Part shown: positions 1 to 12,689 of the stretch, piece by piece
Position numbering within the stretch: position 1 is the stretch's first letter
How the letters are laid out: every line of letters begins with the position of its first letter
Origin: Sarea resinae
Lineage: Eukaryota
NCBI GenBank assembly: GCA_026026165.1
Contig: JAPEUD010000019.1
Location: 186,001 to 250,000, forward strand
Direction: 5' to 3'
DNA length: 64,000 nucleotides
The notes under the pieces: model-generated
Told to the model about the DNA's origin: nothing
Database searches by the model: none
The model's input: the letters and a program-made list of their open reading frames with translations, nothing else
Translations under genes and position numbers: made by a program

Positions 1-362
1 GTACCGCGGACTCGAGATGTGAATGCGATGACAGAACACGGCCTGCCCGCCCGCATTCCATTCAATTCAACTCCACTCAACTCCACTCAAATCTTATTAT
101 CGCGAGTTTAGGATATCTACTGCTCTATCTGAAGCCTTCGAATCTCGGACAGTCCGGGGGCCTCTCCCAGGTAGCTTGGTCGGAGCTTCATACGTTGCGA
201 CAACAAGCTGTCTGTCGTCGCTCGTCTCGTCTCGTCTCTGTTGATCCTCCGCTCAAGATGTCCTCAGCCTCCTTGGCCTGACGCCGTCGGTCCCTTTTCC
301 TTTGAAAGACCAAACGCAATCGTGGTACATGCCGCCTCCCTTCTTTCATGCACTGAATCATC

Positions 363-3300
363 ATGCCTGCGCAATTGCCTCGAGCGTCGTTCGAGCCCAT
401 CCCGCCAGACCTGGACCTCGACGCTCTGGTAGAATCGACGCCGAATTTCCACTATGTGACGAGGATCACCGTGGACATGATAGAGGAGCGTGGTCGCGAT
501 GAGTTTGAGAAGCTGGTCATGGCCCACGTCCTGAAGGGCGGCAAACCGTTGGTCATTGAAGGCTTCCAGGACCGGTGGGACCAATCGCTGTTTAGTCCTC
601 AATGGCTACGGAGTCGACACGGAACCAAAGGTGCGTACATGGGGGACTTACCTCTGTTCGTGAAACTAAGCACTGAACGCTGTAGTCGAAATGGCGACGG
701 ATCTGACCCTTCATCAACCTATGCCCCTCACCATTGGACACTATCTGAGAAACATGGGTAAACTTACCAATCAGTGGAACAGGCATAACTACAAGGAACT
801 CGAGCGGCAAAGGATCTATCTCAAAGATATAGACTGCCCCCCCGCCTGGCATGAGAAGCTCAAAGCCCTGATACCACCTGGGGTGTTCTACCTAAACGAA
901 AGTGTTGGCTCCGAAGGGGGCCCTGGCTCGACTGCAGCCCGCTCACCGGGTGGGAGGATGAGGACTACCAAGGGAATTGCCAAGGCGGGGGATTTGATGA
1001 GCAGCTTACCTGATGAGATGAGGGCAGAGAACCTCATGTGCTACATTGGTCACGAGGGCACCTATACGCCGGCACATCGAGAAATGTGTGCCAGCTTCGG
1101 TCAGAACATCATGGTTGAAACGTCCGAGCGGGGCGTGGACCAAGACGGCAGCCTTGAGAAGCCCGGCTCTTCTATATGGTTCATGACCGAGACTCAAGAC
1201 CGTCACATGGTCTCAGAGTACTGGCTCTCGGTCCTCGGGCACGATATTGAGATCGAGGCGCATTTCGCTCAGATCAACGCTTGGAAACAGGCACCTTTTA
1301 CGACATATGTAGTGGAGCAGAAAGTTGGTGATTTTATAATCATACCGCCTCTAGCTCCGCATCAGGTTTGGAACAGAGGCACTCGGACCATGAAGGTAGC
1401 ATGGAATCGAACGACGGTGGAGACCCTTGAGATGGCTCTCAATGAGGCATTGCCTCGAGCAAGATTGGTCTGTCGAGACGAACAGTACAAGAACAAAGCC
1501 ATCATCTACTGGACACTGAAGAAATATTCAAGTCTGCTTGAAAGTATACAACAACAGTTCCTCAACGCGCCGGATGACGAAACGGCGAATCGCTTGGCCC
1601 GGAATCCAAAGATACGCCAGCTCGGAAAGGACTTCAAACGACTGTACGATTTTTATACTAGCATCCTTCTTTCGGAGATGTTTTCACCCGCCGAACCGCG
1701 GGAAAGAAATATTGAATACCTTCCATACGACAGTTTTGTGACGTGCTCATATTGTCGTTGCAATATATTCAATCGATTCCTCACGTGCAAGACCTGCATC
1801 ATCCCGTTGGAACATGACGAGGAAGATACATATGACATATGCATGGACTGTTTCGTCATGGGTCGAAGCTGCGGGTGTATATCGAAGTTGAAGTGGGTTG
1901 AGCAGTTCAAATGGGAACAGCTGACGGAGCATCACGAGCGCTTTAGACAGCAGCTCATTGATCTCTCCGGCAAAGGCGATCCGCCTCCAACTCTCCAGAA
2001 GGCGCGTGCACTTTTTCCGAAAAAGACTGTGGCCGAGATTTGTCAGCAGCAACTCAAGATCCGACCGTGGCGGGATGTTACTAAGCCTCCACCCCCAAAG
2101 GAGCAAGATGACGACGAAGATGACATCGAGGTGAACGATGACGGCGCTGTAAAGAAGCGCAAGAAGAAGCGCCGATCCGAAAAGTGGTTGCGAGACAATG
2201 TCAACTGTCACATCTGTAAGACACGGGAAGAGTCGTGGAAGATGGCAAAATGTAGCTGTGGCATCAGCTATTGCTACGGGAGTCTGTTCCGAGCCTTTGA
2301 TCTGATGCCGCAGGAGATTATGGAGGACCCCGACTGGAAATGTCCTCGGTGTCAAAAGGTCTGCTCTTGCGGCGTGTGTCGAAAGAACCCGGAGCAGAGA
2401 GCGGTCCCACCAAAAGGCACCAGGCTCGGACACGACACGAGAAAAGTTGCAGATCCCCGCAGCGTCGAGAGTTTGGTCGATTTCGGCCATTCGAATATCC
2501 GGTGGCTAAAGACGTTACTCGGCGACGAGCGCGAACCGGACTCGACTCCTCTGGATAAGAAACGGAGAGAAGCAGCAAATGCGAAGTCCCGAGTTGATGA
2601 GGCTGATGACCTCGATAACGAGGAGAACGGACCACATATACATGAAAGCATTGCAGCAACTCGGCGGAAAAGCGGCCGTAGCTCTCAGCAAGACTTTCCT
2701 ATCGATCCGCGTCTGGAGCCAGACTACGTCATTCCCGCGCCGTTTATGCCTACGGATGCTTCTCTGCAGCAAGCTTTACGGTCGAACGAGCCTTACGGCA
2801 AACCGTCCGCTACAGCCAATGCTGCGAATGCCAAGACGTTGCATTACGCCAGTGAAGGCCTCAGGCATTTAGAGCAGTCCACTCTCAACCCCTCTACTCC
2901 CCAGGGTCTTTCAAACTCTAGCGCTCATCCACCTGATGCGTTTGTTGCTCCAGAGGCTCTGATGGTCAGGAAGGATGGCCGATTTGTCCCGCAACAGAAC
3001 GGCCTAGATCCAAACGCCATCACCTACCAGTATCCCGATCCGGAAATTGGGCAATCCGATAGTAATCCAGCTCTAGCGCCGTCGATGCCTCCACTCGCTA
3101 CCAAGCCATCCAATACTGTGGCTGGACAAAAACGCAAACGAGATCAGCCGAGTCTGATAAGAAGTGACATTTCGCGTCAGCCAGAGGAGACGACGGAGAA
3201 TGATGTCGATGAAGGAGCGACGAGTGATACAAACCTAGGCCCAAGGCATTCCACAAGAAAAGCTCCGAAGCCCAGCTCCTTTGGCGGAGACAGCCAACAT

Positions 3301-3909
3301 GACAGCATCGAAGCACGTCTACGGAACGCGCTTTTACATCATCAATTCTCTCCCGCAAAACGAGTCAACGCTGATTCTTACACGCCTTCGGAATCGTCTA
3401 AGCGCCTTAAAGGAGTAGCAGTATCAACCCCCGTGTCCACGACGAAATCACATAGCAACACGAAAAACACCACCAACAACAACAACGGAAACAACGGCTC
3501 CATCTTTTCGCGCCCCGGCATGTCCAACAAGAAAAGCCGAATCGTGTCAGCAAACTCCGCCTCCTCGTCTCCTCGCCAGGCAGCTCACTCTAAACCCGCG
3601 CAAGTCTCCATCCCGCATCCTTCTTCTTCTTCTTCCCTTGGGCGCTCTGCGTCCACCCGGTCCCGCCCCTCTACGAAACGCGTCTCGTACGCTGAGGACC
3701 CTGTCCTCAGTGATGGCGACAGCGATGACGATGGCGACGAAGCAGAAGAAAAAGACGATGATGTCGAATACCGGGATCAGGACGCCTACTCGGAACGCGT
3801 CTTGCGCGACCACGGTGGTGGTGGGCGCATATCGGTGCTATCGCAGGCTCCAACCAGCGCTGGACGACGGACCAGTGGAAGGAGAGTCAGCGCCCGGGGC
3901 CGGGGGTGA
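363..3909 (+). CDS. JmjC-domain chromatin protein with two Cys-rich zinc-finger regions (zf-4CXXC_R1-like); probable relative of Neurospora DMM-1
   Basis: Exons 363-630 and 686-3909; intron 631-685 (GTGCGT...TGTAG) joins the frames (~1163 aa). JmjC motifs YTPAHREMCAS (H-x-E) and PPLAPHQVWN (H). Cys clusters CSYCRCNIFNRFLTCKTC...YDICMDC and CHIC...CSC...CYGS...WKCPRC...CSCGVC. Basic NLS-like KKRKKKRR. Confidence 0.9.
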
Positions 3910-4079
3910 TGGTTGCAACATAGCTGCTGCTGCGAATCAACAAGAACGAAAATATGCTCTCTTCGACCGAGGCGAATGGGACGGGACGGCGCTAGGGGCA
4001 GAATGCGGCATGTTGGCTTGATGGTGGCGGTGGTGTCCTGCCGGGTCTTTTCTTCTCTTCTTTTCTTTTCGATACCGGG

Positions 4080-4114
4080 ACCTACCTACCTACCTACCTA
4101 CCTACCTACCTACC
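4080..4114. repeat. (ACCT)n tetranucleotide microsatellite
   Basis: acctacctacct... run read directly, 3' of the JmjC gene. Confidence 0.9.
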
Positions 4115-5075
4115 TGCATTGACTTCTTCCCTCCCCCCCTTTTCCCCCGCCAGCTTCCTCCCCCGTCTTACCTACCTACTGGCTTACCCCATTCTCTCTC
4201 TCTGGTTTCCGGCTCCTTTTCGTTTCTGTTCTTCTCTTTCTATTATTCGCTATTCTTTCGGCCCCTTTTATTTCCCCTTTGGCTCTCTTTTTGTTCTTTC
4301 TTTTCCTTTCCTCGTCCTTGGCAATGAAGGTGGGTATAGCGAATTAGCGTGATAGGGTCAGGATCCCTGAGGTTCGGTTAGGCTAGGTCAGGTCGATTTA
4401 GGATCGATTGATCGATCGAACGCAAAAAACGAACGGCTCTAATGAATGAATGGCTCTAACGAAGTCAAATCGTGTCAAGTCAAGTCGTTCTGATGATGAT
4501 GATGATGGAGTTATATCATGTCGCGTCGATGTCATGTCGATGTCATTTCACGTCACGTCCATGTCATGTCATGTCAAGCCAACCGACTGCCTACCTGCGT
4601 AACTATTGAAGATCTGGCTTTCTCTCCCTTTACGCAGTTGTGCTGCTATGGTACAGACTCGAGCGACTGACCGAGCTTGGCCCGATCCCACAGGGAGATA
4701 TAGTGGGGATCTGTGTTGATCTAGGATATCATTTTGAGATTTTATAGATAGGTAGGTAGGTAGGTAGGTACACAAGGCCAAGAGGGCGGGAAAGGGAAAG
4801 GGAAGAAGAAAATCTCGAGGCACGGAAAGAAACGCCAAAGTACAGAAACGCAGAAGGGATATCGGGAGAAAAGGGGGAAGAAAAGCAGTTCAGGATAGAA
4901 CCCAATGGCTTCTCAGGGGTATTGTTGCTGCTACAGCACCCAGACTGACTCCTTATGTTTGATCGTTCTTACGCCTGTGACCTGAGTGGATCGCTTACCG
5001 CCAAGCAAACAAAGGCCCCTCGACCTCTATATCATTTCCGTTTCTTCGTACAAGTGATCGCGCGTATTCGACAAC

Positions 5076-7008
5076 CTAGAGATCGGGCTCGAGCGCAGAC
5101 ATGAACGAAGGCGCCGGCGAGGACGGCGACGAGGGCGACGATGACGACGAGGAAACACCGTTCCCGACGACGCCGACGAGTGAGTCTTTGAGATCGCTGA
5201 GCGCGCGGATCGTGTCCGTGATGCTGGCGATGGCGCGTACGGTCTCTGGTGTGAGCGGGTGTGTGGATTTGGACTTGGGTTTGGGTTTGGTTTTGGTTCT
5301 GCCTGGCTCGGTTGGCCCTGCAAGTGGGGTTGGAGGGTGCTCTGCGCGCGTTGGTACTTTTGAATGTGCTTGCTGTGTTTGTGTTTGTGTCTGTGGCTGC
5401 TGCTGCGAGGCCTGAGGGGTAGGGGGCGTGTGGATATCGATATCTTGGTCTGGGACCATTTTGGCCGTTGGTGCGCGCGATGGAGGAGACTGAGGCTTCT
5501 CTGGGGCTCTCTGATGATGACGCGCAGAGGTAATCTTAGCTACTTCAAAGCTTTTCGGATCCATCGCCTTCGTCATAGGGGCACCCGTTCTTTTAGCCAA
5601 CTTTTGTGACTTTGGGTTTAGGACGATTCGCGAGGCAGCCATGGATGCGGGTTTAGGCCATCCAGGCTTATCGCTTCCCGGCTTTGCAACTACTCCGTCA
5701 CGGTTCGTGGATTCGATTCTCGCGTTGGTCGGAGGAGAAGCTTCGTGGCTCTCGTATCTAGTGAATTCATCTTCGGAGTCGCCACGTAAAGTGGGAGACG
5801 ACGAGAATTGTCTCGGGGAAGTGAACCTTACTCGTTTAGGAGACTGTCTGATGAGCCCCTCAATAGCTGGAAGATCCTTGTCGCTGTCGTCGTCTATACC
5901 CTCTTCTGCGTATTGGTGAGGAGGCCCGCGTGCTGCTAGCTTCCATGGGTGACGCTCGGAGTGTGAAACTGCGGCCTGGGCTGTGACATCTCTAGAAGAA
6001 TTTGAAGATGCGTGAGCTGGTATATTGAGGCCTTTGGACCCGGAGTTGGGAGATGGATGAAGGCTTCTGTCCTTCTTTGAGGGTTTCGGAGAGTTACGTT
6101 CGCTAGAGTCGTGAATAGGGGGCTGCTCGTCATCAGTGAGAAACAGGCTGTCCTCACTTCCAAACGGAGGCGGCGAGGAAAACATCTTGTTTCCCGCAGA
6201 GCTTTTCACTCTGTTCGAGCTGGTGGTGTCAGGACCAGGATCATCGTCAATGATGACTATCTCCTTAGGTGATGTGAATAAATTCTGGGGATGCTGGGTG
6301 CTTTTGCCTGCTGCGGCTTGGCGTCTCTTGTTTTGTGTTTGTGACGTTTGCGAAGACCTTATCCCGCTGAAAGGCGGAATTCCCGATTTGGCTGTCACTG
6401 GCGTCAAGGTGGGAGCCTCGGTCACCTCTTCATCAGTGGCTTCGGCAGTTTCAAGCATTTCGGTCGCGAAATCTGTATCACTCGATGGCTATTGTCAGGA
6501 GGACAGTCCAACGATTAGCCTTCCAAGCATTGTGAACAAGACCGAAAGTGGCAACTTACCGGCTCAAGTCTCGCCCTTCTTCCCCCTCGGGAGCATCCTT
6601 TGGTCCTCCTTTTCAGTTGGTAGCGCGCCTTGTTCTGTTGCTGTATCAAGAATATCTTCTCGACGCGAGGGACAATACTGCTGACGTTAGGGCACGAGAC
6701 AACAAACATCTAGACTTCACTTACTAATCTCGTTCTTTACTCCATCTGCCCTTGAAGTAGACGTCACAGGCCGGCGCAATATGGTCGTTGCCATCCTCCA
6801 GGAAAGCTCTCACCATCTCTTTGAAGGCATTAGACTCTCCATCAATGAAGTCAGAGCCTGCAGTGCCATCGCCGGTAGTGTATTGCTGCACCCATTCCTT
6901 GGCCTTTCGTACGAAGCTTGGTCGCTTTGACTCCTCATCATTGAAGTTCCGTTTCCTAGGGTCTTTGAGGCCAAGTTCTCGTAGCAATCCCTCGATTGTA
7001 GTAGCCAT
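5076..7008 (-). CDS. Hypothetical protein, Ser/Pro-rich and largely disordered (~604 aa)
   Basis: Exons 7008-6725, 6677-6560, 6488-5076. Both introns have GTAAGT donors, branch sites and CAG/TAG acceptors, and three ORFs join in frame (MATTIEGLLRELGL.../YIVPRVEKIF.../PSSDTDFATEMLET...). No recognised domain. Confidence 0.7.
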
Positions 7009-7812
7009 GGTGGCGATGTGAATTGAGTTATGAAGGTGAACGGAACTCGGCAGAGATGTTGAAGAAATTGAATCGAGCATAGGTAACTTCATCAACTTAT
7101 ATCGTTGATGGGTAGGCAGCTGGATCAACAGATGGCTGCGTTGCGGGTTGTAGGGACATGGCCGGTGAATGGCGCAGGGAATAGCGCAATGAATGACTGA
7201 CAGCAGTACATGGTTTCAAAACATTCAAGTAGAAGCACATCAATCGTCAACAATCATCACGAAAGATGAAGGCTGTGCTAGAGCCCTGACATCACATTCG
7301 ATCTAGACCCATAGGAGGCTATTCACTGCGTGCATCGAGTATCAGAACCGTAAAGCTCCCAACTCGAGCTCGAGTAGGCTGTGACGATCGAGGATGCTTC
7401 TTTAGCCTATCAGTCAATCAATACCAGGCTCACCAGCCTCCGATAGAAGAAGTTAGGCATCCATCGGCCCTGGATTGAGGCGTACGGCGAAGCAGCCGTA
7501 GCCGTTCACAGGCATGATTGACCACAATCAACCCCGGTCCCCACGGGATATGCTATGATAAGGGCCGTCCCGCACGGCCACGATCTTCTCAGGAACGGGG
7601 CTCTATTACCCCCGGAAATCGTCTTTCATGCCCTGGTCTCATGAGGATCAAGGTACTCACTCGACTCCACGGAATGGGGTTCTCGATCTTCACATCATGG
7701 TGTTGTGATTGGATTCGATCAAGAATTGACGGCATCCATGGATGTTAAGCGCCGGGCTACGATTGCGTATGGATGGATGGCGCATGAGGCAGGGGCAGTC
7801 ATTCCATCTATT

Positions 7813-8295
7813 TCAAGAACACCCGTCCCCTCCGCCCCTCCGCCCCTCTGCCCCTCCCTCCACCCCTCCCTCTACCCAAGGCTCCCCTCTCAAGCTGTCG
7901 CTTCGTAAGGTAACGTATTCGTATTCGTACCTTGCCCACCGATCCGGACACACAGGTCGCTGCCGTCGTCTCAGCGGCAGCATCTTCGGCAATTGACGGG
8001 AACGACGAAGACGAGGAAGGAGTAGCTTGTTGGCGAACGCGGCTGGTCCACCTATGCCACCTGCAGCCAATTGCTCCACGACGACGTCGAATGAAATGGA
8101 TGAGGTGGTCGCCATCATGCCATTACACCGCATGAACCCTCCCTTGCGGCTAAGGGCGTCAGAAGAACAATGGAATTGAATGGGATTGACGTGCTCATCG
8201 ACCGGGCAAGTATCAGGGCAAGTACCTCTGGCGTATGCCGCCTCGGGTGACACGACCTTGAACAGACAGTAGAAGCAGATCCATCGCCGTGTCAT
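7813..8295 (-). CDS. Possible small Cys-rich hypothetical protein (3' end uncertain)
   Basis: ATG ORF MTRRWICFYC...CPDTCP...HC...CNGMM with clustered Cys. A possible GTACGA donor near 7930 leaves the C-terminus uncertain. Confidence 0.35.
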   Translation of the reverse strand: MTRRWICFYCLFKVVSPEAAYARGTCPDTCPVDEHVNPIQFHCSSDALSRKGGFMRCNGMMATTSSISFDVVVEQLAAGGIGGPAAFANKLLLPRLRRSRQLPKMLPLRRRQRPVCPDRWARYEYEYVTLRSDSLRGEPWVEGGVEGGAEGRRGGGDGCS

Positions 8296-9069
8296 TTCGT
8301 TTCTACTTCTGAATTGCTCTCCAAACCAAACTCGATCGGGATCATAAACAACGACTCCCAGCGACTTATCTTGGACACTTTATTGGAACGTGTCCGGCGT
8401 AGATATCTCACAGCGATGGAACCCCTTCCAGCCTGCAATGGTTACCTGTAATCTTCCCTATCCATACCACTGACCCTGCCAGTCAACTACCGCCAGAATG
8501 ATATGCAACGACATCTTCGGTCTATATTTCTTTCACCTTCTTTCTGTTAGACCGCTTGATATATCCTTCTGGCCCATGGATCCATCCATCCTGAGGAAGC
8601 TTGAGGAACGTACACATCAAATGACTCTGAAGGCGCAGATGACTGATGGGAAGTCTAAATGGGGTCGCATTAACACTGCCTATGATACTATTCAATTTGG
8701 ACTACACATCCGAACTCTACGTATGTGCCTTTTGTGCATCACACAAATAGGCTGCGAGACCCACAAAGAAAAGCTACTTAAGAGCAGTATCACAAGGACT
8801 CTAGAGAGTCCGACTTACATGGAGAACAGTCAGGCGAAGCAATCAATTCCTTGTATTCGACTAGAAAACCAAACCAGACCGACCGAGAGCTAAACAAGAA
8901 CAAAAGTCGCAAAAACAAAAGCAGCTTGGACGCATACAAATCAAGGACCAAGGACTGGACTCACCTGAAGAAAAGCCGGGTCCAGAAGCGCGATGCAGAG
9001 TCATAGATGCTCAGCCAACAGCAGAATCTAGAGTCTGACAAGTTTTAGGGAGCTATTAAGGTCAGCAAC

Positions 9070-9516
9070 TCACTCCCCCCTCCGGAACAAAGCCGCCTCG
9101 CTCGTCTCATGACGATGGCCAGTCAAGCAGCGCAATCCGCGAGCCAGACTGCCCAAAATTTTCTTGCTTTTCTTAGGATTCCGGATCTCTTCCAAAGGAT
9201 GCTGAGCCAATTCCGCTTTTAACGCAGCTAATCGGGCCACAAAAACCTCACGGCTCTTTCCGGCTTGATACGCATAATGTGCTGCTTCCTCTTGATATAC
9301 GAACCGGGCACCCGTCGTTGTTGTATCTCGGTAGAGAGCTTGGCGGCGCTCGTGGCATTCGGGACAGGAAGCCTGAACTATTTCATGGTCATACCGGTCG
9401 AAGAAGTCGTTCTTGGTACAGTATCCCGTTCCACGAGACTTACTCTCGCAGGAGATAATGGCTACCTCCTCCCAGTGAGTGCAGCGGGTATAGATTCGCG
9501 AATATCCTATGCACAT
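9070..9516 (-). CDS. Small 'MC' Cys/His putative zinc-binding protein, copy A (148 aa if unspliced)
   Basis: MCIGYSRIYTRCTH-x8-C-x9-C-x17-CPEC. TATAAAA on the minus strand at 9612-9618. A GTGAGT donor overlaps the stop, so a spliced C-terminus is possible. Confidence 0.75.
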   Translation of the reverse strand: MCIGYSRIYTRCTHWEEVAIISCESKSRGTGYCTKNDFFDRYDHEIVQASCPECHERRQALYRDTTTTGARFVYQEEAAHYAYQAGKSREVFVARLAALKAELAQHPLEEIRNPKKSKKILGSLARGLRCLTGHRHETSEAALFRRGE

Positions 9517-9643
9517 CTTGATGGGAATTCTTTTCGTGAAATTTTTGGAAGTTTTTGATTGAGGGGAATGGGTATATCGGTTCCTCAGAAGTTGGGGGGC
9601 AGTTGAGAGGATTTTATAGCGAAGAATAGAGTGGGAGGAAATG

Positions 9644-10145
9644 CTGTTCAAAGGTTGTTGAAGTATGTTTAGGTTCTGTTCAGAGACAAAGAACCGCGAT
9701 GTTGTATTTCTCTTTGTGTCTGTCTTCGTTGAAGCCTTACACTTCCTTGTTGTCATTGGTGGCTTCTTTGTCGCCTTTCTCGTTGTCATTGTTGTCTCTA
9801 CCTTCATTCAATGGTACTCGTCAACTCCCTGACCTCTTAGATCTCCTCTCTCATACTGGTCTTCTTCTGTTCATCGTTATTGTTCCCCTTGAATGGTCAG
9901 CGATTCCTCACAGCCCCTTCTCTGTACACAAGACTCTTGTTCTGTATACACAAGGTCTTTCTTCTTGTCTTTTTCAGAATTGCTTTAAACTTTCTGGCTC
10001 TATTCGGAAATCCAGAAAGCTCGAGAGACTGTTCAGATATGAATGGACAAATCTGGCGATGAACAGCGCGGGAACAAGAACAGCAGTACTGTTCATCAGT
10101 CTATCAGACTGCCTTCATAACTCTGAATCCACCGAATGCTGTTCA
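9644..10145. promoter_or_regulatory. Seven CTGTTCA/TGAACAG motifs in the divergent promoter of MC copies A and B
   Basis: Exact 7-mer at 9644, 9676, 9867, 10029, 10060 (reverse), 10089 and 10139. TATA boxes at 9612-9618 (-) and 10168-10174 (+). Confidence 0.6.
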
Positions 10146-10316
10146 CATTTCCCCCCTCTTCACTTCCTATAAAAACCCATCTACCCACTCTCTCCCTACT
10201 TTTTTGAAACCAAGCCTCTCGATCTTCCGTTTCCTTCCTCTCCTGTTTTTGAACTATCACTTATCATCAACTAATAAATAGCAATCACTGCCCAATCAAC
10301 GTTACAGTCAGTCAAG

Positions 10317-10886
10317 ATGTGCCAAGGATATTATAAGCTCTACGACGGATGTGCGCATTACGACACGGAGATTCTTATCCCCTGCCAAGCTGGCGTCACA
10401 AATGCCTGTCCTGCCAACGCCTTCGTGCCTATCCAAGACCCCAAGCGCTACTCAATCCCTTGTTCTGTTTGCCTCGAGCAAGACACCGACTTGATGTACG
10501 CCTTCACGCAGTCTGAAGTCATCCCGCAGCCTCAACCAGAGCCGCAGGCCGTGCAAGAGGAGCAACTCGTCCGTTTGGCGCAAGATGTGATGGATATCGT
10601 CGAACCCAACGAGCGCCTGCGCCTTGCCGAGGTAGAAAAGGCCGAACGTGCACACCAAGAGGAAACGGAACGTTTGCGTTTGTTCCAGGAGAATGAGCCG
10701 CAGCGCCTGGAGCGCGAACGTGTCCATTTGAATCATGTGGCCTATCTCGAGGGGCTAGCTGCAGAGCGTGCGCAGGAAAAGGAGGCTAAGCGCGAGCGTC
10801 ATAGGCAGGCGGAAGCTAGCCGTGAGGAGTTTCGCCGACGGAGGATGGAGTCACTTAGGCCGAGGAAGTCGACGCCGAAGTATTGA
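10317..10886 (+). CDS. Small 'MC' Cys/His putative zinc-binding protein, copy B, with Glu/Arg-rich helical tail (189 aa)
   Basis: MCQGYYKLYDGCAH-x8-C-x7-C-x17-CSVC. Good start context (gtcaagATG) and TATAAAA at 10168. Confidence 0.8.
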   Translation: MCQGYYKLYDGCAHYDTEILIPCQAGVTNACPANAFVPIQDPKRYSIPCSVCLEQDTDLMYAFTQSEVIPQPQPEPQAVQEEQLVRLAQDVMDIVEPNERLRLAEVEKAERAHQEETERLRLFQENEPQRLERERVHLNHVAYLEGLAAERAQEKEAKRERHRQAEASREEFRRRRMESLRPRKSTPKY

Positions 10887-12689
10887 GAGAAGAGGTGAGT
10901 AAGAGAGATAGGGGAAGAAGAGGAAATAAGGGGATGTTGGTGTCGCTAGCTGGCTAGCTGACTGAGCAACTGACTTTGATTGTCAGTATCACTTCGCCAA
11001 CTGGCAGGTCCAGCAAACAGTTCAAACAGATATCGACAATAGCCGGGAGACGAAGCTGCAGGACATGCCCCCAACCCCCTACAAAGGGCCCTAAAGAACT
11101 CGAAAACAGACCGAGAGAAAGAAATCCACGGTGAGATCATTCATTCCCCACGCTCGTTAGCTGACTTGGACAGATTCTTTTCTTTGGTTTGATTTGCTCT
11201 ACTTTTTTTTTTCCTTTGCGTGCAAGCTCAACGTCCTGAACAGAGTTTGTTCGTCTCGAGGCTCCCTGGGGGGCTCTCAACACGCTCGTTCAGCAGTTCA
11301 GCAGCTTCAAGCTTTTCTTTTGTCTTGCCTTGTCTTGTCTTATCTTTCCTTTATCTCTTTTCTTTTACCGTCAACCTACTTTACTGGAGCCAATCTATCT
11401 TTTTACCTGTCTGTCAATATCAAATTAGGATCAAATCGATGTCTCACTGCTTTGATTTAGTACTCTATTTGTTGACTACAAGAGCTTCGACAATAGGAGA
11501 CTTCAGACCTGAAATACGTGCAATTCAAGCATGCAAATGTGACCTGAGTGATTCGTAGAGCACTAGGATAATGAAAAGTGAGATGGTTTGATGTCAGCCG
11601 TGGAAAACAGAATAGAAAAAGAGGCCTGATTTCCATGGCGAAAGCTCTATGAGGGGCTTGGCATAGATAGTCGAAAATTCAGCTACATCATGTCGTTCGA
11701 CGGTAACATTGCTCAGTGACGTGTCGCCCAAGAGGAGCTACAAAATGCTCAATTGAGCCTGGAGATAAGTCTACCTCTCGGAGCCCGGAGCGGGACCGAC
11801 GACCCTGAATAGCTCCGGCGCCACCCCCGCTTGCCAGTCAAGGGACGCCTTTATCCTCCTGCATCCCGTTGCTATCTAAGGTATGTACCGGATAGGTTAG
11901 CGTTCCGAGGACCCCTAAACGAGTTGCGGACCCCATTATCACGACATGCTCTCATTAGAAGGTGCAAGCAAGCACGCGTTTAGAGCGCTCCATCCATCCT
12001 TCAAGAATGATGCTTCCTACGTTGTTTTCGCGATATAAGGCGTATCTGACAGCGTATAGTGTAGTCCCAATTCTATCCGCAGGCTGGCCACTCATGCGCT
12101 ATCAACGATTACAGTCGAAAAGAGTCTATCGAGTACTAGAGTATCCCATGGGCCCCTCCTAGAATTGGGTCATCATCAATTGAACCACAAGGCCATGCGC
12201 GTCCCTGGACCAGGGCTGAGTGTGCTGCAGGGGTGTCGGTAAGTGTTGGCTTGACCGACGGATGTTATGTAAGTCCTGGACTGCAGCGTCAGCAGCTCGA
12301 CAGATATCAGCTCAATTCCCACCAGGCCCAGGGGGAAGGTCGGGATGCTACAGAGCTAGTCTGTTGGCCGCGCCGCTGGACAAGGAGGGCTTGAGCAGAT
12401 TCGGGTCCCTCCACGTTGATCATTATCTGCTTCTATCAACCGTTATCATGGCTGATCCATGCTGCCATGATGCTGTATACGCGTCAAATCCCTGATCAGA
12501 TCATCGCTACATTTCTTGGCGGCAAAGATGTGGGTTTGCCTTGACCGGAATGCGTTATCGCCGTTTTACCCTTCAACTTTCCCAGATGGCTTGAAGCTCT
12601 CTGCTGGTGAAGGAAGTTTTTAGGGGCAGTCTCCCTCCTCGAAGTTTCTCTCAGCTCTGCAGCATTGCTTGTATCGCGAGTCTTTTGTT

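Noticed and set aside
8723..8893. MCLLCITQIGCETH within ORF 8498-8893
   Set aside because: Lacks the Tyr, the CxH spacing and the terminal CxxC; not counted as a family member.
9517..9807. 97-codon in-frame upstream extension of MC copy A in the ORF track
   Set aside because: It spans the TATA box and promoter motifs; the paralogs all start at Met-Cys.
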